Below are positions 1-8,369 of a DNA stretch of 32,000 bases, one piece after another (within the stretch, counting starts at the first letter, position 1; every line of letters begins with the position of its first letter). The notes under the pieces were generated by a model. That model was given only the letters and a program-made list of their open reading frames with translations, was not told the DNA's origin and made no database searches. Origin of the DNA: Chlamydiota bacterium (lineage in GTDB: Bacteria; Auribacterota; JACPWU01); assembly GCA_016196885.1 (NCBI GenBank), contig JACPWU010000019.1, forward strand, positions 22,270 through 54,269, read 5' to 3'. The position numbers and the translations under genes were made by a program.

Positions 1-2235
1 ATCATCCACAATCACACTCGTGGTCACATTGCGGGTCGAAAAAAGAGGTTGCAAAATGGGATATCCGGGCAGTGTTCTTAAGACGCCATCGGTTCCCGTG
101 AAGGTCTGGGTTGGAACACCGTAGTCCAGCCACGTCACAAATTCACTCACCTCCGGGATGATCGTAAGATTGACGGTTTTTCGGTCAGCGCCTACATTCG
201 GGGTCACATCCAGGACAATGCCGATGTCTCGTGTTTCAAAATTTCCGGGAGAAACCACCGGAGGCGTTGTGACAGTGCCTTGGCTGTTGGTCGTAGCGGG
301 CGTGACATCATATTCTGTTGGATAAATAAATTCTTGAACCACTTTGATCTGTGCCCTTTGGCCGTTCACCGTGGTCACGCGGGGGCTGGACAAGAGATTG
401 CTTTTGGTTTTTTGGCTGATGGCATGGAGTACAATTGAAAATTCAGGCTTGGTCAAAATACCAGAGAAAGAAACGATGGGGTTGGCTGCCCCCGTCAGGC
501 TCGTGGAGATTTGGCCTGTCAGAGGATCTGAGGTGAAATATCTCAAATTTCCAGATAGGGCTTGATCGTAAGGTGTCGCTCCTACGGTTTTGGTCAGACG
601 GTCAAATTGGAATCTTTGGAGGGCACCGGCAGGGGTCAATCCTCCCGTGGATCCTTCATGGAGAAAAAACTTTAAGTCATCTCTCAAAAGCCATTCGAGT
701 CCCATTTCTTCAGCATCTGCGTTCTCCAGTTCAATGAAACGGGCGGTGATGGCCACCTGATAGGGGGCTACATCCAATGTTCTTAAAATGTCTTCAACAA
801 TCTTGAGATTGGTTGGGGTGTTTCGAACGATCAAGGTCCCCGTCCTTTGATCCAGAAAAATTTTACTTCCCTCAGGCCAAGGAACGCCGCTTTGTTCCAG
901 TACATCCTTGATGGTGATGGTTTCAGAGACTTCACCTCCCTGACTGCCCGGTTCTACCCTTTTGGCCTTTTTTTCTTCAGGTTGACTCATTTCAAAAGAG
1001 GTGAAGGCGGCCACCCCGCTTGACAAATGGTAATACCGGGTTTCGTAATCTTCAGGCGGGACATAGTCTGCTGCGACAATGATGATGGCATAATCTTCAA
1101 TCATGTAGCGTAGACCCTTGGCCCTCAAAATATATTTCAAGGCCTCGATGAGGGGCACGTCCTTGAGGCTGATGGTCACGCGGTCTGATTTTTGAGCCGA
1201 TGGGGGAGGAGGGGCTGATGCTTCCCCCCCAGGAGCGTTCTTGGGAGTTGAATGGGATGGAGGAGCCTGCGCTTGCCCTACGGGCTCGGAGGCTCTCAGA
1301 GCGGCCTCTTCGGAACTCAGGGCTTGAAAGACGGATTCATCCATGATGATGTTAATCCCAGAAATTCTAGAAAGATATTTTACCACATCGGCCAAATGGG
1401 CATTGTTGAAGTTGATGGCGGGTATGATTTGCTCACTTTGGGTTTCCAAATCTTTGCGGGCCTGTGATTCTTCAAGAGGCATTTTCCAGGGCGGAACAAT
1501 TTCTAAGGCTGGCTTTTCCTTTTTTGGAGGAAGCCATTCCTTTTGAACGTCCATCATTCGCGATGCCTCCTCGATCGTTTGGCGCTCGGCGTTGAAAGAA
1601 TTCTGACGGTTTTGGAGAAGCAGGATGTATTTTCTTGCAATCACGTGGTAGGGATTGTACTCCAGAACTTCCTCAAATTTTTCTTGGGCCTCGTCCAATT
1701 TTCCTTCATTTAAGAGGGCTCGTCCTTTTTCAAAAAGGGTTCGGGCCTTCGCGAGATTAGGACTGTGCTTCCACTTCAATGACTCTTCAGAACCGGTCTC
1801 TTCGGGAGGAGGGAGGGGGGCTTCTTCGGGTGTGGCCGCAGACAAATGATGGAGAGAGGCCTCTTTGTATTTCTGGGAACGGCCGTAACTTGGATCTGCC
1901 GAAAGGGATTTTTCAAAAAAGGGGATGGCCTCTTCATATTCACCTTTTTGATAAAGGGCCAGACCCTGTTTGAAATATTTTTTTGCTTCTTGTTTCTTGA
2001 TTTGACCGAGGGCCTTGGAAAGTTCTAGATTGTTGGGATCCTGAGAAAGGGCTTGGTTCAGTAAGCGAACAGCCTCTTGGAAATGACCTTCTTTTTGAAG
2101 TGACTTGGCTTGCTCGATTGCTCGATCGGAGGCGTTCTCTTCCTGAGCCCAAACGCCCAGAGAGACGCTTGAAAGAATCAACGCAATCACCAGAGCCAAA
2201 GAAGTGATGGCTCGAAACGCCCCCCCGTTCCTCAT
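1..2235 (-). CDS. Secretin (GspD/PilQ family) with signal peptide and N-terminal TPR region; C-terminus lies beyond the left window edge (745 codons visible)
   Basis: Absent from the ORF track because there is no stop in the window. The reverse-strand frame is open from ATG 2235-2233 to base 1. Starts MRNGGAFRAITSLALVIALILSSVSLGVWAQEE (signal peptide). TPR-like helices follow (EGHFQEAVRLLNQALSQDPNN, GEYEEAIPFFEKSLSADP, GKLDEAQEKFEEVLEYNP). Then an N0-like domain (INFNNAHLADVVKYLSRISGINIIMDE) and secretin core motifs (SSPRVTTVNGQRAQIKVVQEF, GIVLDVTPNVGADRKTVNLTIIPEVSEF, PILQPLFSTRNVTTSVIVDD). Confidence 0.85.
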   Translation of the reverse strand, partial: MRNGGAFRAITSLALVIALILSSVSLGVWAQEENASDRAIEQAKSLQKEGHFQEAVRLLNQALSQDPNNLELSKALGQIKKQEAKKYFKQGLALYQKGEYEEAIPFFEKSLSADPSYGRSQKYKEASLHHLSAATPEEAPLPPPEETGSEESLKWKHSPNLAKARTLFEKGRALLNEGKLDEAQEKFEEVLEYNPYHVIARKYILLLQNRQNSFNAERQTIEEASRMMDVQKEWLPPKKEKPALEIVPPWKMPLEESQARKDLETQSEQIIPAINFNNAHLADVVKYLSRISGINIIMDESVFQALSSEEAALRASEPVGQAQAPPSHSTPKNAPGGEASAPPPPSAQKSDRVTISLKDVPLIEALKYILRAKGLRYMIEDYAIIIVAADYVPPEDYETRYYHLSSGVAAFTSFEMSQPEEKKAKRVEPGSQGGEVSETITIKDVLEQSGVPWPEGSKIFLDQRTGTLIVRNTPTNLKIVEDILRTLDVAPYQVAITARFIELENADAEEMGLEWLLRDDLKFFLHEGSTGGLTPAGALQRFQFDRLTKTVGATPYDQALSGNLRYFTSDPLTGQISTSLTGAANPIVSFSGILTKPEFSIVLHAISQKTKSNLLSSPRVTTVNGQRAQIKVVQEFIYPTEYDVTPATTNSQGTVTTPPVVSPGNFETRDIGIVLDVTPNVGADRKTVNLTIIPEVSEFVTWLDYGVPTQTFTGTDGVLRTLPGYPILQPLFSTRNVTTSVIVDD

Positions 2236-2250
2236 CGTTCACCTTTTACC

Positions 2251-2324
2251 AGCGTTCAGTGCACAGCGTATAGCGTTCAGAAAAAAATGATGGTTGGCTT
2301 TTCCTGACCGCTGACCGCTGAATT
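2251..2324. repeat. Intercistronic inverted repeat built from tandem heptamers
   Basis: Left arm AGCGTTC AGTGCAC AGCGTAT AGCGTTC (2251-2278). Right arm CTGACCG CTGACCG CTGAATT (2304-2324). AGCGTTCAG pairs with CTGACCGCT with one mismatch. Lies between the stop of the 315-aa gene and the secretin start. Confidence 0.7.
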
Positions 2325-3271
2325 TAGAATTCGCTTCGCTCTAGGGTGTAGACTTTTTTACCCCGCGAAATTACAACTTTTAAAGGGGTGATGTCAAGGA
2401 CTTTGTAGGCGTGAATTTTGCTCCCGGAGTGGACCACGTATTGTTTACCTGAGATGTTATCTTGAATCACGGCGTAAAGCTCTTTTTCAAAAGAGGGATG
2501 TCCTAAAATCAGTGTCATGGGCGGATTTTTTCTTTTTTGAATTTTGATCTGGGATGTGTCAATCTCCTCCTCGGCATTGATTTGGGTGTTGAATTTTTTC
2601 TCAGAGGCCTGAGTAAATTCCAAGATTTTATAACCTCGGATTTTTTCTCCCACTTTTGAAAAGGCCGTTTGTTGTCCCCAATTGATTTGGAATTGAAATG
2701 AGCTGTCGGGCAATTGAATGTATCCGAAGAAATTGATTTTGGTCCCCTGGCGGTAGATTTTGGAGACACGCATCTTGATGATACCAGGAAAACTGTTGGG
2801 ATCTTTGGGATCGGATCCCCCTCGGTACTCATCGAGATTCGTATAGTTATCCTGATCCAAATCTCCCGAGGCGTCTTGTGTGTCCAGAGGATCCAGGCCG
2901 AAACGGCTCTCCCAATTGTCAGGCATTCCATCATGATCCGAATCCAATGTTTCTTTCTCCCGACCTTGGCGGGGTGCCTCTTCGGATTTGGGTGAGAAAA
3001 GATCACGATAAGCTGTTTTTTCTTCAGGGCCAGACTCCTGAATCGTTTTGACCAGGGTGCTGTATTCTTCTTCCGAGAAAATGGGAGGGGTGTTTTTAGA
3101 GACTGAAGGTTCATCGGAGGGAAGGCCGGCTTCAGTTTGCCCCAACTCATGAATGAAAGAGGTGGTGAGCCGGATCAAATTGCCTGCAAAGAGGGCAATC
3201 ATACAGAAGAGCAGGATTTTTTCAAGATGCTGAAGAAGAAATTTTTTAAAAATAAAAAGGTAATAGTTCAT
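2324..3271 (-). CDS. Membrane-anchored protein with thrombospondin type-3-like Ca-binding repeats, in the PilP position of the operon
   Basis: 315-aa ORF. N-terminal hydrophobic helix (ILLFCMIALFAGNLI). DxDxDG-type repeats (DSDHDGMPDNWESRFGLDPLDTQDASGDLDQDNYTNLDEYRGGSDPKDPNS). Its ATG overlaps the upstream gene's stop (ATGA at 3268-3271). Confidence 0.6.
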   Translation of the reverse strand: MNYYLFIFKKFLLQHLEKILLFCMIALFAGNLIRLTTSFIHELGQTEAGLPSDEPSVSKNTPPIFSEEEYSTLVKTIQESGPEEKTAYRDLFSPKSEEAPRQGREKETLDSDHDGMPDNWESRFGLDPLDTQDASGDLDQDNYTNLDEYRGGSDPKDPNSFPGIIKMRVSKIYRQGTKINFFGYIQLPDSSFQFQINWGQQTAFSKVGEKIRGYKILEFTQASEKKFNTQINAEEEIDTSQIKIQKRKNPPMTLILGHPSFEKELYAVIQDNISGKQYVVHSGSKIHAYKVLDITPLKVVISRGKKVYTLERSEF

Positions 3272-4068
3272 TCCTCTTTCCTCTTAAATTTAATCGCATC
3301 AATTTGAAGGCTGCAAGTCAGGGGTTCGTTCTTGTTGGATTCAATGTCCAATTTCCGGATGATGAATAAATGGTTAGAGGCATGGGCCTTGTGCAGAAAG
3401 TTCCTCAAGTTTTCCTGAGAGCATCGAATGACCATTTCAAAAGACAAAAGTTCGTACATCACGTGAGAAGGGGGTAAGGGAATTTCCTTCACCTCTTTTT
3501 TGGTGATGGTGTCTACCGATTGGATGTGAGATTCAATGAGGAAATTGGCAAGTGTGCTCAAGGCGTCCAATTCCAAGCACAAGTGGGGAACCTCTGTTGC
3601 AGGCGGGATGTTCCCACTTTCAAATTCCGAAAACCCAATGGTCTGGGGAAGGGTGATGTTCCAAAGGCCCGCCCTTTCTATCAGAAGCCGCTCGGTTTTC
3701 AAAAGCGCTTCTTTGAATTCCAAGGGAGAGAGATTTGTTTGAACGGGTTTTGCCCCATCCAGAAGAAGCAGGAGATCATTGTAACGCTTTTTCATCGCTT
3801 CATATTGAGTTGTAAATTCTGTGACGTGGGCAGGGGTGAGAGGGATTTGACTGGTAGAAATAATTTGTTGAACAGCTTTGAAATGATTCTCTAAATCTTG
3901 TGTCACCTTGGTTTTTGAGACCCAGGTGTTTCTCAGGAGGAAAAGGCCTGAGGCGATCAGAAAGAGGAGTACAAGTCCCCCTGTGACCAGGGCAGGGTTG
4001 AAGCGGATGGGGATAAGATTCCTCATCGCAAAAGCTCCTCGGGATGACGGCTGCGCAGCCATTTTCAT
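3268..4068 (-). CDS. PilO-like bitopic membrane protein (possibly Amuc_1100-family)
   Basis: 266-aa ORF with one TM helix (LVTGGLVLLFLIASGLFLL), then a coiled-coil region and an alpha/beta C-terminal domain. ATGA overlap with the PilM-N stop at 4065-4068. Position is between pilMN and the secretin. Confidence 0.5.
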   Translation of the reverse strand: MKMAAQPSSRGAFAMRNLIPIRFNPALVTGGLVLLFLIASGLFLLRNTWVSKTKVTQDLENHFKAVQQIISTSQIPLTPAHVTEFTTQYEAMKKRYNDLLLLLDGAKPVQTNLSPLEFKEALLKTERLLIERAGLWNITLPQTIGFSEFESGNIPPATEVPHLCLELDALSTLANFLIESHIQSVDTITKKEVKEIPLPPSHVMYELLSFEMVIRCSQENLRNFLHKAHASNHLFIIRKLDIESNKNEPLTCSLQIDAIKFKRKEE

Positions 4069-5762
4069 TCCTCTACCTCCATTTGGATGACGAAATCCTG
4101 GACGCCTTCGATGGGCGGATTGGCAGAGCGGATTTGCACGTTCTGGAAAAGAGGAGATTCGTCCAGCGTCTCTCGAAAATGGGCGACATCTGTGTAAGTG
4201 CCAGAGGTTTTACAATAAAGTGTTAAGAGAAGAGTTCCAGCAGGAGCTGCTTGAGAATGATGGGGGGGAGAGGGGGGTGGAGCAGGGGGGGGTGTTTTGG
4301 GAGGGGGGCCCTTTTTCTGGGGATTGGATTTCTGAGGAACAGTTTTTTGAATGTAAGATGAGGTGAGCTTGTCTAACCAGATATCTGGAGGGATTCCCTT
4401 TTGAAACTCCCGAAAAATTTTTCCCCAAAGAGCTTTTTCAGAAACCAATTTCTTGATCTCTTCAATTTGAACGAGATAAATCTGATTTTCCTGGTTGAGT
4501 GTTTTGACTTTGTCGGCGTAGCCTTCAAGCGTTTGCTGGATCACAATCGTTTTTGCAAGACGGATTTGCCTCACCTTTTTGATTTCGTGATGGTAAAAAA
4601 TCTGAGAGCCCAAAATAGCCAGTCCCAGCAGGCTCAAGATCAAAACATTTTCCTGCTGCTTACGAATCTCTCGCTGAGCAATGTAGGATTTTGGAAGGAG
4701 ATTCAGGGTCCCATTCTCGAGTGTTTGCAAAATCAAGCCGATCGGGGTGGCGAAAAGGGATGCCTCGTCTTGGAGCCTAGAATCAGAGACGGGGGTTAAT
4801 TGAGGATGTTCAAAGGGATTTAAGAGATGGACAGGTAAAGAGAGTTTCTCGGCCAGCGCTTCTTCCAGTCCGGGGAGTTTCGCACATCCCCCCGTGAGAT
4901 AAATTTGAGAAATAGGGTGGCCCTCGAATTGCGTTTCATAAAACCCAATAGATCTGGAAAGCTCTGCGGTTAGTTTTGAAAGGCTTGTAGCCAATGCCTC
5001 CCATAGCTTTTCATCCACCGAGGTTCTCTCTTGAGGGGTCTTGGGCCGAAGCGTTGCCTTTTTTTCTTTCAGGTTTTGCGCCTCTTTAAATTCTAGTTTC
5101 GTCTCCTTTTGAATTTCCTGAGTGAAATGATCTCCCCCAAAGGAAAGGGTTCTGATCCAAAGGGTATGTTGCGAAGACACGATGAATTGACTGGAATGTT
5201 TCCCGATGTCCAGAAGGGCCCATGTTCTATCATCTCTCTGTGAGAGATGGCGTAGGCAGTGCATGGAAGCAAGAGGCGAAATTCCCAAAAATTCCAGAGG
5301 TATTTTTTTTTCTTCAAAACGCTGGAGAAGTTCCTGAATCCATCCCCGCCGCGCCGCCGTGAGCAAGATATGAAGATGCTCGGGGTCGGGATTCCCTAGA
5401 TTTTCATAATCCCAAATCACTTCACTCAATGAAAAAGGGACTTGCTGCTGGGCCTCATATTCTACAATCTGCCGGATTTTGGTCCGATCAATAATGGGCA
5501 GTTTCAAGAGCCGACAAAAACTCAAAGGGCCGGGGGCTGAAACATAAATAGAAGTGCTGCGGGTTTTGATTTTTAATTGGGCGAGCATTTGAACAATTTT
5601 TTGAACGAGGGCCGTGGCCGACTGGGTCATGAGATCTATGGGGCCTTCGACCTCTTCTACCAGATGAGCTGTCAACGTCAGTTTTTTCCCTTTGACAGAA
5701 AAAACAGCCATTTTAATCTGATGGCTTCCAATGTCAACCGCAACACGATTTTTCTGAGCCAT
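4065..5762 (-). CDS. pilM: PilM-PilN fusion (actin-like ATPase fold, then TM helix, coiled coil and a Pro-rich linker)
   Basis: 565 aa. N-terminus VAVDIGSHQIKMAVF, and later LLDIGKHSSQFIV and IYLTGGCAKLPGL, are typical of PilM/FtsA-like proteins. After LNLLPKSYIAQREIRKQQ comes a TM helix (VLILSLLGLAILGSQIF) and a PilN-like tail. Confidence 0.85.
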   Translation of the reverse strand: MAQKNRVAVDIGSHQIKMAVFSVKGKKLTLTAHLVEEVEGPIDLMTQSATALVQKIVQMLAQLKIKTRSTSIYVSAPGPLSFCRLLKLPIIDRTKIRQIVEYEAQQQVPFSLSEVIWDYENLGNPDPEHLHILLTAARRGWIQELLQRFEEKKIPLEFLGISPLASMHCLRHLSQRDDRTWALLDIGKHSSQFIVSSQHTLWIRTLSFGGDHFTQEIQKETKLEFKEAQNLKEKKATLRPKTPQERTSVDEKLWEALATSLSKLTAELSRSIGFYETQFEGHPISQIYLTGGCAKLPGLEEALAEKLSLPVHLLNPFEHPQLTPVSDSRLQDEASLFATPIGLILQTLENGTLNLLPKSYIAQREIRKQQENVLILSLLGLAILGSQIFYHHEIKKVRQIRLAKTIVIQQTLEGYADKVKTLNQENQIYLVQIEEIKKLVSEKALWGKIFREFQKGIPPDIWLDKLTSSYIQKTVPQKSNPQKKGPPPKTPPPAPPPSPPHHSQAAPAGTLLLTLYCKTSGTYTDVAHFRETLDESPLFQNVQIRSANPPIEGVQDFVIQMEVEE

Positions 5763-5765
5763 GGG

Positions 5766-6341
5766 CTATTTCATGTCCTCATGGGGGTCCGCTTCACTCA
5801 GTGCAAAAGGGGTCTCTGTCACTTTTTTGAGCAATCCTTCCTTCACGGGATATTGATTCCACCATTCTTTTCTAGAAGTCTGGGGCCATTGATCAGTGTC
5901 TTGATTCTCTCCCGCCACTGAGATTTCCACCGCAACTTTTTGGATTTCTCCGAATCTCTGAAGGGTGGTGGGATGAAGATAAAATGCAGCGTAATGGGAC
6001 GGGCCGCCAGCAACATTCACTTGTGTCATGCGCTCTTTAAAAACAGTTCCCCCTTGAGCGAGCACATAAAAGGTCAGTTGAACTTCGTCGAGCCAATCTA
6101 TTGAGCTTGAGTATTCCACTTCCACTTTACCCCATTTGCCTCGCAGCGCCGTTTGGCTTAAACCGGCCAACCCCTGAGGTTCAAACCCTTCAAACCCCGA
6201 ATGGCCATGGGCAAGAGTGTCCACACGAATTTTTTTAATGTGTAACCCTCCAGCGCTCTTTGTCCCGTATTGGGCAAAGGAAGCAACAGAGGCAGATAGG
6301 AATGCGATAAGCACAAACACGAAAAGTTTGTAATGTCTCAT
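5766..6341 (-). CDS. Secreted hypothetical protein, first gene of the pilus-like operon
   Basis: The track ORF is 5766..6461. The likely start is ATG 6341, giving MRHYKLFVFVLIAFLSASVASFAQ (signal peptide). The stop lies 3 nt before the pilM start. Confidence 0.55.
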   Translation of the reverse strand: MRHYKLFVFVLIAFLSASVASFAQYGTKSAGGLHIKKIRVDTLAHGHSGFEGFEPQGLAGLSQTALRGKWGKVEVEYSSSIDWLDEVQLTFYVLAQGGTVFKERMTQVNVAGGPSHYAAFYLHPTTLQRFGEIQKVAVEISVAGENQDTDQWPQTSRKEWWNQYPVKEGLLKKVTETPFALSEADPHEDMK

Positions 6342-6455
6342 GAGACCATGAAAGAACTGTATCCAATCATATAATACCATTTTAAGGAGTGTCAATGCGG
6401 AATGGTTGGGGGGTATAAACACTGTTAAGCGTAAGATTATGATACAATCGAACCT

Positions 6456-6734
6456 ATGCAATTTGAATGGGATAGGGAATCATTTCATGATGCCATGAAA
6501 TCTAAAGAAAAGAAAATGAACGACGAATTACGCCATGAATATAATTTTGATTATTCTAAGGCTGTTCGTGGCAAGTATTACAAGCGCATTTTAGAAGAAG
6601 GTGCCAATGTTATCATGCTTGAGCCAGATGTGGCCAAGGCATTTTCTGATTCAGCCTCAGTCAATGATGCATTGAGGTCATTACTCGATTTAACAAGAAC
6701 AACTCAACGCCTGACAAAGCACTCCGGCGGATAA
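6456..6734 (+). CDS. Small antitoxin-like protein (BrnA/DUF4415-like C-terminal motif), with no adjacent toxin
   Basis: Motif DELRHEYNFDYSKAVRGKYYKR...NVIMLEPDVAKAFSDSASVNDALRSL. The start is ambiguous: in-frame ATGs at 6456, 6495 and 6516. Confidence 0.4.
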   Translation: MQFEWDRESFHDAMKSKEKKMNDELRHEYNFDYSKAVRGKYYKRILEEGANVIMLEPDVAKAFSDSASVNDALRSLLDLTRTTQRLTKHSGG

Positions 6735-6860
6735 GCTGTTGCCCACCGGTGAGTTCTGGAGTTGGACGAACACAGCCGCGGCGTGTTGTCTGGAAGGAAA
6801 GACTGATCCTGGGTTTATCTGGAAACCATAATAAGCAGAAGTTAGGAAGGAGTGATCTAT

Positions 6861-7364
6861 ATGGGAATTTTAGACTTATTCAGGAGTCATAAAACGAAAT
6901 CTACAAATGTTCCGAAAAGAACAGGCTGTAACGCTCCACTTATTGAGGCTATTGTTGAGCTGTATGACGGAAAAGAAGGTAGTTATCAACGGGTTTTTGA
7001 CTTGCTTGAAGAATCAGAGCTTATGGTCCCGCTCACGGAACCCTATTCTCCCGGAAAATCAACGGGAGGCGCTTTTACAATAAGGACAATAAGTGGCGGG
7101 ACAGCCATTCTTTGCTTTACCCATGCTCAAGCACTCCACCTATGGAAACCAGGACAAGGATCAGCTGTAGCCTTGAGCTTTCTTGATGTTTCTCGACAAG
7201 TTGCAGGGAGTAACGGAAATCTGGACTCAATTGTCATTGACCATGCAGGCCCTATTTGGTTAGAAATTAAACGGGCAACGTTTAATGGGGAAATCCGTTG
7301 GGAAATGCACTGGCCAAAATCACCTCAAGATAAGGGACCGGATTTCAAAGGACATATTTCCTAA
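6861..7364 (+). CDS. SseB-family-like protein
   Basis: SD AGGAAGGAG lies 8 nt before ATG 6861. Pattern ELMVPLTEP...GGTAILCFTHAQALHLW...SIVIDHAGP resembles the SseB N-terminal domain family. Confidence 0.45.
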   Translation: MGILDLFRSHKTKSTNVPKRTGCNAPLIEAIVELYDGKEGSYQRVFDLLEESELMVPLTEPYSPGKSTGGAFTIRTISGGTAILCFTHAQALHLWKPGQGSAVALSFLDVSRQVAGSNGNLDSIVIDHAGPIWLEIKRATFNGEIRWEMHWPKSPQDKGPDFKGHIS

Positions 7365-7377
7365 CAAAACGTTGGAG

Positions 7378-7428
7378 CCAACGCCCACACGCTGCTTCGC
7401 GTTGTGCGGGCGTTGCCCACAGCTTTTT
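7378..7428 (+). terminator. GC-rich imperfect hairpin plus T5 run downstream of the SseB-like gene
   Basis: CCAACGCCCACACGC (7378-7392) pairs imperfectly with GCGTTGTGCGGGCGTTG (7399-7415). TTTTT lies at 7424-7428, 8 nt after the stem, so this is not a textbook terminator. Confidence 0.35.
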
Positions 7429-7486
7429 CGTTATCCTTCAAAATCTCGGTAATGATTGCTTTCCAGTAAAATGATAGATTTGAAAC

Positions 7487-7666
7487 ATGAAAACTCTTTC
7501 AGCGATTGTTCGTCAAGAAGGAAAGTGGTTTGTTGCGGAATGTCCTGAAATCGGCACTGTCAGTCAGGGTAAAACTCTGGATGAGTCAGTTGCTAATCTT
7601 CGAGAGACGACCGAAATTTATCTGGAAGAATTTCCTCTGGATCTGAAGTGTGCACGCCTGTTTTAA
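7487..7666 (+). CDS. HicB-like (UPF0150) antitoxin, orphan; below the ORF-track size cutoff
   Basis: ATG 7487 to TAA 7664-7666 translates to MKTLSAIVRQEGKWFVAECPEIGTVSQGKTLDESVANLRETTEIYLEEFPLDLKCARLF (59 aa). The pattern W.AECPE..G...QG.TL.E...NL.E is the HicB/UPF0150 signature. No hicA is adjacent. Confidence 0.55.
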   Translation: MKTLSAIVRQEGKWFVAECPEIGTVSQGKTLDESVANLRETTEIYLEEFPLDLKCARLF

Positions 7667-7726
7667 CAGCTTTTGAGGTGTTGGGCGGGGTTTTTAGCCT
7701 TCTAAAATAATATTTCCATCCTGTTT

Positions 7727-7758
7727 TATAATGTGTATAATTATATATGTTTATACAC
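7727..7758 (+). promoter_or_regulatory. Candidate vapBC promoter -10 box and operator inverted repeat
   Basis: TATAAT at 7727-7732 is followed directly by GTGTATAA (7733-7740), a 10-nt spacer, then TTATACAC (7751-7758). SD GGAGG is at 7762-7766. Confidence 0.45.
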
Positions 7759-7771
7759 ACTGGAGGTAAAA

Positions 7772-7966
7772 GTGAGAACGAATGTCGTGATTAACGATGA
7801 TTTAATGAAATCAGCCCTTAAGTTTTCTGGGTTAAAAACAAAAAAGGATGCCATAGAATCTGGGCTGCAATTATTGGTCAAGCTCAACCGTCAAGCAAGG
7901 GTTAAAGATTTTCGAGGCAAGCTAAAGTGGGTTGGTAATCTGGATGAGGCACGGACAGACAAATGA
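7772..7966 (+). CDS. vapB: VapB-family antitoxin
   Basis: GTG 7772 lies 5 nt after GGAGG. Sequence VRTNVVINDDLMKSALKFSGLKTKKDAIESGLQLLVKLNRQ...GKLKWVGNLDEAR matches the VapB pattern. ATGA overlap with vapC. Confidence 0.8.
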   Translation: MRTNVVINDDLMKSALKFSGLKTKKDAIESGLQLLVKLNRQARVKDFRGKLKWVGNLDEARTDK

Positions 7967-8358
7967 TCGTCGTTGATTCATCCGTTTGGATTGACTATTT
8001 TAACGGTAAAAAGAGCGATAAAACCGATTGGTTGGATTCTGCTATAGGAAATAAACATATTATTGTGGGCGATCTTATTTTGGCTGAGATCCTGCAAGGA
8101 TTCCAAAGTGACCCCGATTTCAAAACAGCTAAGAACTTGCTCTTGGATTTTCCATTCATGGAGATGGTTGGACAGGAATTGGCTATAAAAAGCGCGTTGA
8201 ATTATCGATTCTTAAGAAAGAATGGAATCACGGTACGTAAGACGATCGATGTTATGATTGGGACTTTTTGCATTTATTACCAGTGTTCATTATTGCATGA
8301 TGATAGGGATTTTAAACCTATGGAGAAGTATTTAAAATTAAAAACAATTGCAATCTAA
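7963..8358 (+). CDS. vapC: VapC PIN-domain toxin
   Basis: 131 aa. MIVVDSSVWIDYF (first acidic residue), LAEILQG, and HDDRDF near the C-terminus. Start is coupled to the vapB stop. Confidence 0.85.
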   Translation: MIVVDSSVWIDYFNGKKSDKTDWLDSAIGNKHIIVGDLILAEILQGFQSDPDFKTAKNLLLDFPFMEMVGQELAIKSALNYRFLRKNGITVRKTIDVMIGTFCIYYQCSLLHDDRDFKPMEKYLKLKTIAI

Positions 8359-8369
8359 CGACAAGAATC

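Noticed and set aside
344-2242. Several 60-100-aa ORFs in the track (plus-strand 344-565, 1252-1467, 1343-1546, 1655-1849, 1779-1973, 1846-2028; minus-strand 1940-2242)
   Set aside because: All lie inside the long open minus-strand secretin frame (2235 to 1) and are off-frame or antisense shadows. Their translations are low-complexity with no motifs.
2515-3150. 211-aa minus-strand ORF and 93-aa plus-strand ORF overlapping the 315-aa gene
   Set aside because: They are alternative frames of the same DNA. The 2324-3271 frame has a TM anchor, Ca-binding repeats and start/stop coupling to its neighbours, and these do not.
6738-7420. 9-bp direct repeat GTTGCCCAC flanking the SseB-like gene (6738-6746 and 7412-7420) as possible insertion scars
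   Set aside because: Exact 9-mers recurring within a few hundred bp are expected many times by chance in 32 kb. There is no supporting terminal structure.
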